A stretch of 64,000 bases of DNA from Schmidtea nova (lineage: Eukaryota): contig CM097882.1 in the NCBI GenBank assembly GCA_044892505.1, forward strand, positions 433,256,001-433,320,000, given 5' to 3'. Below the pieces are notes generated by a model. It was not told where the DNA came from. It worked only from the letters and a program-made list of their open reading frames with translations, and ran no database searches. The position numbers were made by a program, and so were the translations under genes. Every line of letters begins with the position of its first letter. The stretch's first letter is position 1. Positions 35,401-47,900 of this stretch are shown piece by piece.

Positions 35401-38400
35401 AACCTCGTAAAAACATTCGGATTAGCGAAAGCAACATATACTCAAGATGGAAAATTCAATTTAGGAGTAAATAAACAGAAAATAATTAAACTTCGTCAAC
35501 AAATGTTCATTTAGTGTAATATAGTGAATCCTATAATTGTTGGTGATTCATTAGTTTCCATGTTAAAATCGGTATGGATTGAAAAACATGAACAGGATGA
35601 AGTTGTTCAAATACAAGTAGGAAATCCAATATATTTAACGGTTTCAACTTCTTGTATAAACAATATAGAAATTAATATCCGAGATGATAGAGGTAATTTA
35701 ATAAACTTTCCAAAAGATTCAAAAACTCATTTAACTCTACATTTTCGAAAAAACGATGAGTAATCCCGATATAATTTCTTTCTATAATAATAGTTAAACT
35801 GGTGGCGAATTACCGAATTTTGTAGGTAAACAGTATGGATCAGGTTGGTTGAAAACTATTGAAAGATTTCCACTTTCTATACTTAAACGATTAGGAAGTG
35901 TTGGAATGAAAACTGCTAGAGATGTTATCATGAAAGATAATTAAATATTACCTTCATTGAAAACGAATGATTTGGATGCTGTATCAAAAGCGATTCCTTC
36001 AATAAAAAATATGTTTACAAAAAATGAACCGAAACTGAACTTATAAGACCAAAACGTAAAAAGGGTAGAAAACGTATTAACAAATGAATGAAAGGTTATG
36101 GAACTATATTTGAAGAATAATTTGCTGTAAATCTGAATTATGTATTTTTGATCCAATATGGGGTGAATATGGGGTGTTTGAATATGTGTTTCCAATGAAT
36201 TCTATTACAGATAGTAGAAATCAATTGGAATTTTACATTAACGGTTCTTCAACCGAATATTTAAATTTGAAAGATACTTAATTATCCCTTACTGTCAAAG
36301 TTGTAGATAAAGATAAAAATAAATTACTTGATGCGACTGATGTAGTACGTAATAATTACCTGTTTCACATTCTTTTCAAAGATGCAATTCTTGGATTTAA
36401 AAATATAAAAATTGAGGGTGAAAACAATACATATGCACACAAGGCAATAATCGAAACTGTTTTAAATTATACTAGTGATACAAAAGAAACATGTCTGTCT
36501 CCAATGGGATATGGTGCATCTGAAGATAGAAAAAAGTGGATTAAAGGATCGAAACTTTGACGAAACTATGACGAAAATGAAATTAATAATTTAAATTATA
36601 ATAACTTATATAATATTAATAATATTAATACTAATCAAGTCAGTTATGGTGCTTAGAAATCGTTAATGATCTAAAAAAATAATCATATTATAATAAAAAT
36701 GGATGTAGAAAATTTAAATTTAAAAAGGGTCTCAGTACCGAATATTCTTCTAAATAAATTAAATTTTTATATAAATAAAATGAAATCAGTTAAAATTCAA
36801 TTCTGTTTGAAGGTGGAATTTGAGAAAGACGATGAATTACAATCGTTCGTTATCTCAAATTCCGCCAAGGTCTTGAGTGATACTTTCATTGAAGAAGGTA
36901 TTGCTCATTTAAATGAGAAATTAATCCGAATAAATGAAAAAGGTAACCATTGGACTATCTCCAAAATTGAGAATATAAGATTTATCCTTACTAAATATTC
37001 TGAAATAAGTAGATTAAGCGGTAGTAAGTTCATTGATACTCCTAAATCTTTAAGAAAAAAGAAATGTTTAGTTAATGTTGTAAATGAGGATGACTTTAGT
37101 TTTTTGCATTGTTTTCTTTTGATTATTAAATAGAATACATTAACTAATGAAACTCGTAATATTTCTTCCTACAATCTTTCCCAAATTAAATATGAACCGA
37201 ATGATATGCCAATGAAATTTGCAAATATCAGTAAATTCGAGCGACAAAACCCTGGTTATAGTATTAACGTCATGTCATATAATGAACATGCTTTAATAGA
37301 AATGTTCTGAAACACCCGTTCATCGACTTAATATACAGGTCCAAAGTTTTAGGTGCCACTCCAATAAATTTGTTATTACTCGAAAAAAAAGACTTCATTA
37401 TATCGCCATCATCGATTTAAATAGATTTTTGAATTGTCATAATAGTTCAATAACCCCTGTAAGGATTTGTAGTCAATAGTGTCCGAGATGTTTAAACGGG
37501 TTTAGGAATAATGAAAGTTTCAATAGGCATAGGGGTCTTTGTGATAATAATCAAACTGGTACAACTTTGTACACATTACCCAAAATAAATGGCTCGAATT
37601 TACTGATTAGAAGAAAACAGTGACTACTCACTTTGTCATTTATGCCGACTTTGAGACAATCTTACCTACGGACACTAGGTATTTCCAGAAACACTTACCG
37701 ATTTCAGCAGGCCTTCTTTGTATTAACAACTTTTCTGGCGAAAATTTTGTAAATCCTTCCCCCAGTTTAGAATAACATCTAAAAACCACCAACTTTTTAG
37801 TCTTAAAAATCATAAGAGGACATTAAGCTGTAGGGATGATAAGCGGATCTGGGTTAGTCAAAAATAAAGCCTGGCATATGACCATTATAGATAGGGTAAC
37901 AGAATAGTAAATCCAGCAGAGCAGCAGCAGCAACAACAACAACATAATGAACAAAATAAATGAACAACATTTTCATGAAGAGCCGGAGCATAAATATTTA
38001 CAATGATGGCAAAAATAACCGAAAAAGAAAATCAAAAAGAAAATCAAAAAGAAAATCAAAAAGATATTCAAAAAAAATCCAAAAATATGAGAATGTTCAA
38101 TCGGCCCTCCTCAGGGCCACAATTTTGAATTACTTACATGAATTCAGCAAAGAATTAAAACTATCATTTTGATTTTATTTATTTTTTTAGTTTTATTATT
38201 TACAAGTATTATTTTTGTGTTTTTATTTTTTTATAAGATTATAAGTTGATTATTTTTATCTTTATTAATTTTATTTTATTAANNNNNNNNNNNNNNNNNN
38301 NNNNNNNNNNNNNNNNNNNNNNNNNNNNNNNNNNNNNNNNNNNNNNNNNNNNNNNNNNNNNNNNNNNNNNNNNNNNNNNNNNNNNNNNNNNNNNNNNNNN

Positions 38401-39367
38401 NNNNNNNNNNNNNNNNNNNNNNNNNNNNNNNNNNNNNNNNNNNNNNNNNNNNNNNNNNNNNNNNNNNNNNNNNNNNNNNNNNNNNNNNNNNNNNNNNNNN
38501 NNNNNNNNNNNNNNNNNNNNNNNNNNNNNNNNNNNNNNNNNNNNNNNNNNNNNNNNNNNNNNNNNNNNNNNNNNNNNNNNNNNNNNNNNNNNNNNNNNNN
38601 NNNNNNNNNNNNCTGTCTGAAATTTTGTTAACGAGCCACATAGTCATCGATGCGTCATCGCATGAATCATCGATGAATCATGCAAATGATGATTCATTGA
38701 TGAGTCATCAATTAAAAAATTTTTAAAAAATTTAAAATTAAAAAAAACACCTTTGATCAGTCATAGGTGAGTTACGACGAGTAAGAAAAATCAAAATTAA
38801 AAAAAAATTTTGATGAGTTAAAAACAAAATAATTTTTGAAAAAAAATTGATAAGTCATCGATGCTCATAAAAAAATTTTAAAAAAAATTAAAAAAAGAAA
38901 AACAAAGTTAAAAAAAAGGTTAAAAAAATTTACCCCCCTTGTCCACGCAAAAAAATATGAACCGGGGGTGATTTGATGACTCATGGTCTTTTTTTAAAAT
39001 TTACGCCCACTCATGTCTTTGTGTTTGACTCCACACATCCACCTACTGAAAAGATCTTTAACTTTCCTAGGAAATCAATCGCTGGCACGGATCTGCCAAC
39101 ATTCTTACAAGAGCCCAAAGAAGACATTTTATAAAAAGAATGATGAGATCAAAAAACGATCCACTAGTCGATAAAGTTAAGCTTGTTGAAACAATATCCC
39201 CATTTTTGCAAGAGTATAACATCCGAACGTAAAGATAGATACAGTGTCAACAAGTCACCTAGCCCCAAGGGCCGGAAAAAGATATGCCGACATCACTCAA
39301 AAGAAAGATACACCAAGTAACATAACCGAACCAATAGAATTTTCCAAAGATAACTTAGAAAAACTCA

Positions 39368-39403
<36 letters not shown>

Positions 39404-39709
39404 AGGTTTTATTATCTTTCCAAGTATTGAATGATGAGTGTTTGATGAATTTTTTCAGTGTATTCAAAGTATTGCTTGATGGAATGTATGATGGAATGAT
39501 TGAGAAGACTACTCAGATATTTATACTATTGACCATCATTAAAATGACAGAATAATATTGTTATAATAAGTAAATATAGAATAATAAAGAATAATAAAGA
39601 ATATTAATAAATATAGAATAATAATAAATAGATAGAAAACATAGAGTAACTAATATCGGAGGGGGGTTATCTAAAATAAAATTTTACAAAAGAGAAATTT
39701 TCTTAAGTG

Positions 39710-39769
<60 letters not shown>

Positions 39770-41871
39770 TTTTGTATTCTAATACAGCCGGATGATGGTG
39801 AAAAGTGAAACAATATCTAAAGAAATAAGCAGAGAAGAGCAATATAAAAGCAAATACAGCAAATTTAAAATTTTATTTTTTAATATTAAGGGTTCACAGT
39901 ATTAATATTCTATATTATTATTATTATAATATTATACATGTTACCAATGTGAGCGCTATTTATTATAAGAAATGTTTGTTGAGTATATATGCCATGCTTG
40001 CAGGTTTTTGTTGACTTATTTTATTTTGCTACCTTCCTATATTAAAAGTTTATAGAAAGTTATATATCCCAAGGTAAGTTTGTGCGTATCGCTTAACATT
40101 TTTTTCTTATATTAACTTTTATATTTCGAAATAAGAATAGATCACCATTACGGTAGCCTTTTTGTCTATTTTTTGTAACCAATCAAAACGGAATGATGTA
40201 TTGAAAAATAAATGTGAAAAACTACAACTTTCAATTTAATGAACACAATGTTTAATTATAATAGAACATTTTTTGAACTTTTTTATATTAAAATATAAGT
40301 TATTTGTCACACAAGTTTCAAAAAATGACTACTAATAAAAGGTCACGAGATTACGTTATAAACATAATCAGTGATAAAGTAGATCACAGAATTTATAAAT
40401 TAATATACCACTCGCCTAATTGTACAAAATTAAAACTTGAATGAAACACAATTGACATAAATAAAATTATAAAAGTAATTCAATTAATTAGGTGTATAAA
40501 TAAATACAAATTTAAAAATCAAACAATGTATTTGAGTTAACAAATTAAAATTGAGTAGCATTTGTTGAATGTCTAGTAGTAATACTTCTGTTTCTATAAC
40601 TATGAAAATGCACTACTTCAATGGAGAGATTTGATTGGCCAGCTCGCGTATTGATGGAATATTGATTTATCAATTTAATATTATCGGAACTGTAATTTAA
40701 CTGCAATACTTCTGCAAAGAAGATTCTGATTGGTTGATCAAAGAAATGTTATTGTTCTGTATCAGTTGACATAGTTGACATAGTTGATTGGTGATATTAT
40801 GTTGATTTGCTCAAGATGTTTCACGGACAGCATTAGCTTGATTTCTCTAATTGAGAATTCGTCTTTCTCTCGCTATTTGTCCAACCATTTAGAAGGATTT
40901 AATTTCCTCAATTATCCCTGTACTTACATTTACGGATCGGAATTTCTTAAATGCTTTATCGGTTTTATTTTCGTTAGTGTTGCAAATATTAATAATCGCT
41001 TTAACTAAATGTCTATTCATGCTATTGATGAACAATCTTTCAGATGCGACAGCTGCAACAGAAATTGGTCAGTGTGGAAGGATCAGCAACACGTTCTTAT
41101 GGTGATTGCGAGGCAATGCGAGTGGAGGTAAGCTTTGTTATTTATTTATTATTTCTGCCAATTTATATTTAAAATTACTAAATATAATTAAATCAGTGGT
41201 TCTTAAGCGATGGTACACGCACACATTAGGATTGCGAGAAAATGAGCTTGACTTCCATTCGTTAATGTAGTTGAAAATTCAAAATCTAATTTATTACGTT
41301 TAAGAATTGCGTATCCTATTCTAAGGACCAATTTTACTTAAGACTGGAAAATATAGATGAGTGATAATGACAATTTTAGCCAAGCTTTTTAATTAATATT
41401 TTAATAAAATGCAAATCTTTATTTTTATGTTTTTTTGGATGGTGCGGAAATATTTTTTCCATGTAAAAAGTTGCAAATAATGATAAAGAATCACTGATTT
41501 AAATGTAATAACATTTTATAAACTATACATTATTATTTTTATTTATTTTTTATAATTTATAGAGTTTATTAGCCTATAACAGGAATTGCAAAGACAATTT
41601 GTATAAAAGCCACAAGAAGATTTCTAAAAAATAATAAGATAAATTATTTTTTTATTTATATATTATTTAAATACAATAACATATATTAAATATAAATATA
41701 ATAAATATAAATATAATAATATATAACAAATATATATTTAATAAATAAAACATTATTATATAAATAAGATTAATATTTTATTAAAATAAGCTGTAATTAT
41801 CAAAAATAATTTTATTGCTTTGCTTATACATTAAAAAAAAATTAATTTTCTATACTAGTAATTTTTTAATG

Positions 41872-41958
<87 letters not shown>

Positions 41959-44900
41959 AATTATTTAGTTTTGACGGTACTAAAAGCAATCATAAATATC
42001 ATAATTTCATATTTTTATAGATATTTTAATTTATGAAGAGCTTCAAATAAAATTAAAAAATAATGTGGCTCGTTAACAAAATTTCAGACAGCTCTAGTAT
42101 ANNNNNNNNNNNNNNNNNNNNNNNNNNNNNNNNNNNNNNNNNNNNNNNNNNNNNNNNNNNNNNNNNNNNNNNNNNNNNNNNNNNNNNNNNNNNNNNNNNN
42201 NNNNNNNNNNNNNNNNNNNNNNNNNNNNNNNNNNNNNNNNNNNNNNNNNNNNNNNNNNNNNNNNNNNNNNNNNNNNNNNNNNNNNNNNNNNNNNNNNNNN
42301 NNNNNNATGACTATAGATCAAAATTTTTTTTTTATAAACGATAACACAATATTTCGGCACAGCCTTTATCAAGTGTGTATTTCACACTTTGATAAAGGAA
42401 ATACACACTTGATAAAGGCTGTGCCGAAATATTGTGTTATCGTTTATAAAAAAAAAATTTTGATCTATAGTCATTATGAGAATTATTGATAATAATAATA
42501 AAAAAAGATCAAANNNNNNNNNNNNNNNNNNNNNNNNNNNNNNNNNNNNNNNNNNNNNNNNNNNNNNNNNNNNNNNNNNNNNNNNNNNNNNNNNNNNNNN
42601 NNNNNNNNNNNNNNNNNNNNNNNNNNNNNNNNNNNNNNNNNNNNNNNNNNNNNNNNNNNNNNNNNNNNNNNNNNNNNNNNNNNNNNNNNNNNNNNNNNNN
42701 NNNNNNNNNNNNNNNNNNNNNNNNNNNNNNNNNNNNNNNNNNNNNNNNNNNNNNNNNNNNNNNNNNNNNNNNNNNNNNNNNNNNNNNNNNNNNNAAGACT
42801 ATACCAATAAAAAATAAATTTTCACCTATTTATTTAAAAATTTTACATTTTTTATTTTTGATCTATTTATGGTTTCGTTTATTTTCATTCTTTTCAGACA
42901 AAAGATCAAAAGTTTTTTTCTTTCTATCAATTAAATAAAAATTTTCACTTTGTTATTAAATAAAAGTTGAAAAAGGAAGTATTTATTTATCAATTGTTAG
43001 GAAAAAAATAAGCATTTTTACATGTAAATTAAGAGATATTAATTTAGAAATTGACGAGATCCAAAAACGTGCGTAAGAACCAATAATATAAAATAGGATA
43101 ATAAAAAAGCGAAAAAAACATTAAAATTTAAATATATGCTAAATTTAAAATATTTGTTTTCTGAAAGACAAATTCATGCGATAAGTAAATAATTTTGAAT
43201 GATTTCTAAAAATTTCCCCCATTGAACTCATGACTAAAATCCACTCTTCCTCAAAAAAATTAAATTAAATTACAATAATAAAAAAAAATAATATTTTTTT
43301 AATATTTTTAATATATTTTTATTCTTTAGGTTATAAAGAATCATGGCTAAAAATTTTCTGCGGATGTTAAATTTTTGTAATGATCCTTAATATTTAGAAA
43401 AATTTATTAATTTGCAAAATTAATGCCGAATTATTTCAAAATAGTTCAACATTATTATTTATTCTTTCACTAATATAAAAATAATTTAGCAAATTTTAAA
43501 TATAATTTATTTAATTGTTCCTTCTTTCTGTATGAATTTTGATTATTAAAATTTATAAAAATTTAAAAAAATTTACTTTGCAGGCCATTTTTTTAACTTT
43601 ATTTCACTAATTGATATTATAAACCTAATATGTAAATATAAATAAATAATATAAAACTACGTGATATATTACTGTCAAATGGCAGGCCAAAATATCTAAA
43701 CCTGACAACATGACCTTTACCGTATTGTTTCTATATCAAGACAATTATCACAATGTTCTGACTTATTAATTAATTATTTTATTAATAAACCAATTAAATA
43801 ATTCACAAGTATTATGCCATTTACAGAAATGATGAATTTTATTAACAAACACAAATTTATTTATTTAGCAAATAATTTATCGGGCTTTGGAAATTATTTT
43901 TTAATTTAATTTAATTTAATTTATTTCTTTTATTTTCTAAATAATATAACAATTAAAAATAATAACATAAAGAAAATGAAAATATAGAATATTTTTATTG
44001 TTTCGTTGTTGTCAGAGACCATTAAAATATAATAATAAGGTTAAAAGTGGTTAGCCCTTCTCCGTAATGTTTTTAGGCGAAATATTTCAATCTTATAGAA
44101 ATATCCTAACTTATCACTTCTTCCTGTATATTGTTTATGTGATATAATTAATGAATTGATTATATGCATTAATTATATTTTAAAATATATGTTGTTTAAA
44201 TATTAAGAGTTGAGAGAAGTATTTAATTGAATTTAATTTAATAATTTTTTTGGAATTATTATTGTCATCTTATTTAATTATTATTTATTTAATCGTTGGA
44301 ATCACATAAAGGTATTATTATTATATTTTTAATCAGTTATAGATTTCAGATATAACCATTAAAATATAACATGGCGTCACGAACTGAAAAAGAATACTTG
44401 CAGGAATACTTATTTAAAGATAAGTTATCAAAATTGATTACATTCAAGAAGCGAGGAATTGAAAATCATTTAATTGAAGATCATTTAATTCTCGTCAGAA
44501 GTTTTATTGATCAGTTTGCCAAACACAACTTGGTAACGGAAGAAGAAAAAATTAAAGTATTTTTAAAATACACTAGACAGGAAAGAGATGATACTGTGGT
44601 AGATTTTGCAAAAAGAGTAAAAATGCGATGCCTAAGTTACGAAGGAGAAAAAGAAAAAATGATGATACATGCCTTTATAGAAGGTGTGAGAAACCAAACT
44701 CTCTCGGTAGCCTTGAAGATCAGAGAGCCAAAAACGTTGGAAGAAGCTATAGAAGAGATTAAAATGGAGCACGTGGGCGTAAAAGAAAAGGAAAACGAGT
44801 ATAATCAAGTTAGGAAACTGGCTACAACGTACGAAGGGACAATAAATTTCTTAAAAAGAGAAATTGACAGGTTGAACAAGATTATTGAAGAATTAAGGAA

Positions 44901-47900
44901 AGAACAATTGAGAAAACCGAATAAAAATCAGAGAGAAGTAAGAGAAGACATTTCTTCCTATCAGCAAAAGGTTACATGTTTTAAATGTAACAAGGAAGGG
45001 CATATAGCGAGATTTTGCCTCAAAAAAGATGACAATGGAAACATTGATACAAGGACGTGCAATAAATGTGGGAAAAGGGGACATATAGCAGTGAATTGCA
45101 GAATAGGTACAAATAGGATGAATGCGATTAAATGTTACGAATGTGGTGGTGGTCATTTGGCTAGACAAGAGGAATAAATTCAGATATTTTCAAGAAGAAG
45201 ATGAAGAGGAAGAAGAAGGTTCAGCCAGAGGATCAAAGACCGATTCTGAAGGTGACAAGCATGTAAATACTATAACAGAAGTAAGGTCTGCTAAAGGGAC
45301 GAAGAAACCAAATGAACATTTAGAAGAACAATATGCAAATTATATAAACGGTCAACGGGAAAAACCAAAAAACAGTTAAATAAATACCAGTCTACAGTTA
45401 TCTCTAGTAGTAGACCGGATAAAGCGCGGAATAAACCAATAACTGAATGTTATATTGGACATCAAATGGTTAAAGTTATGTTTGATACGGTTGCAGATTT
45501 AAATGTTATTAGCCAGGAGTTGACAGATAAACTAATAAACGGAAATCCAACCGTAAAGGTGTATAATTCAAAAACAAGAGTTACATGTGCTATTGGAAGC
45601 TCAATCGAATGTGTATGTAAAATCCAGCTAAACATAGCAATCGGACCGATTGTGACAAGTCACGTATTTGACATTATGCCAAATATATTCCCACATGGTT
45701 ATATCGGGATAAGAAGTATGAAGAAGTTTGGAATTATCATTAATGCACCAGAAGACTGCATAGAGATCCAAGGAATTAGATTGCCATTCTTATCAAAAAC
45801 TATTCCAGCGGCTTCTTTAAACGAATCCCAACTGTATTAGAGAGTCGTAATACGGTTGAAGGGAGATACGAGACTTGGGGAGATGGTTATCAGGATTATT
45901 ATAGAGTTTTTGTATCAAGTAACGTATAGATGGAAACAGTCGGAGAGTATTTTATCAGAGGAATGGCAATAGATAAGCAGAACAAGAGATTAGAGAATCT
46001 TAATCAAAGTTGTGTGTTTAATGGTGAAAGAGTCAAAATGGCAGAGAGAGAAATTTTGATAAGTGATTATGTGCTTAAAGTTGATGAAGGATATGTATTA
46101 GTAAAAATCGATATGATGGAAGGTGGTATTAAACAGTTGCATGCAGGAACAACTTTAGGTTTCATAGAAAGATTTTACGATAAAACGGCAGAAAAGGCTA
46201 CTATTGGAAGTATGTCATCATCAGAACAGCGAAGAGAAATCACAGCAGTCGATAAAATTTTACGAAGTATAGAAGTTTCTTTAGATCGTACTATTAAAAA
46301 TAGCGAAAGAAAAGAGTTAATGAAAACAATAGAAGAAAATAAGGATGTTTTTAGTAAATATAAAATGGATATTGGGAAAATTACATCAGTACATCATGAA
46401 ATTGACACTGGGAACGCCCGGCCAATTGCTTTTAAACCAAGAAAAGTACCATTAGGTCTCGAGGAAGAGGTTGACCACATGGTACAAGATTTATTAAGGG
46501 CTGGAAGTGTGAGACCGAGCAAGTCAGCGTGGAATTTTCCGATTGTGTTTATAAGAAAAAAGAATGGTGATATTAGAATGTGTGTCGATTATAGGGCACT
46601 GAACGCAAAGACGGCAAGACCAATTTTTCCAATACCCGCTGCGGAAGATCTTTTTGATACACTTGGAGGAGCAAAATTTTTCTCTACATTAGATCTATCA
46701 AGTGGTTACTACCAAGTACCAATAAAATAAGGTGACATAGAGAAGACAGCTTTTAGCACAAAGTATGGACAATTCGAATTTACACGAATGCCATTTGGAT
46801 TGTGTTCCGCACCAGCCACTTTTCAGAAGCTTATGAACATGGTCTTGAGAAAGGATAATTGGATTAAGTGTGTCGTATATTTGGATGAAGTTCTTATATT
46901 TAGGAGAACCATCAAAGAACATAATCAAAGATTGAACGCTGTATTACGCCGAATTGAAGAGTCAGGACTGAAATTATCACCAGCTAAGAGTTCATTTTTA
47001 AAAACAGAAGTTAATTATTTAGAACATGTCATCAATGAGAATGGGGTAAAAACTGACCCAGAGAAAATTGAGAGTATATGATCATCGACAATGCCAACAT
47101 GTAAAAAATAATTGCAGACCTTCTTAGGATTTTGCAATTATTACCGTATATTTATAAAAGATTATGCAGCGACATCAGAAAAATTGAGTTCAATGTTAAA
47201 GAGTGAAAATAATTTTGTGTGGAAAGAAGATAGAAAAAGAGCATTTTACGAACTTAAGAGCAGACTGTCAACGCCGCCGGTGTTGGCCTTGCCAAATAAG
47301 GAAGGGGAATATATACTGGACACGGACGCTTCGCACAATAGTATGTTAGACGTTTTGTGACAGTGACAAAATGGAGAAAAAACGAGTTTTGTGTTATGCA
47401 TCAAAAACCATGAGTAAGAGTCAGAGAAAATATTTTATAACAAGAAAAGAACTATTGGCAATATATACGTTTGTGCTGAAATTTAAGCATTATTTGATGG
47501 GTTGAAAGTTTTTAGTGAGAACGGACCACCAAGCGCTGAAATGGTTATTGAAATGGGATTATCCAAACACATCACAATACTGTGTTTGGCGAGCCGAACT
47601 AGAAGTCTACGACATGGTTGTCGAATATAGAAAGGGCGAAGAACACATAAACGCTGATGCGATGTCCAGGTTACCTCCATGTGAACAATGCTTACTTAAG
47701 CATAAAGAACCGATGAAGCGTCGAAACGTAAAAGTATACGATGAATTAATAGATGTAAAAAGGACAGAATACGACGATCTAGAATGAGAGCGGGTTATGT
47801 GTAAACTGAAAATACATGAACATGATTGGGGACAAGACGATGATGTCGACATACAAACCATAATTAAAAGGATGAAAAGTTCAGATTCTGAAAATGACAG

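Larger units (their letters stand above)
32467..39047 (+). mobile_element. Polinton/Maverick, internally deleted and decayed (6.6 kb including gaps)
   Basis: Imperfect TIRs of about 370 bp starting AGTAG at both ends. 6-bp flanks GAAATG / GAAAAG (5/6 TSD). Contains integrase with chromodomain, minor capsid, major capsid and pPolB remnants. Confidence 0.9.
32290..39360 (+). mobile_element. Ty3/gypsy integrase C-terminal fragment split by the Polinton (32290-32466 plus 39048-39360)
   Basis: NGIIMKTINLALK...SIRTLLSTATNKTPHE | KIFNFPRKSIAGTDLP...NDPLVDKVKLVE...TVSTSHLAPR reads on across the insertion. Confidence 0.8.

Noticed and set aside
37900-38172. ORF with KRKS repeats and CAG/CAA run
   Set aside because: It is short and low-complexity, lies inside the decayed Polinton, and has no recognisable domain.
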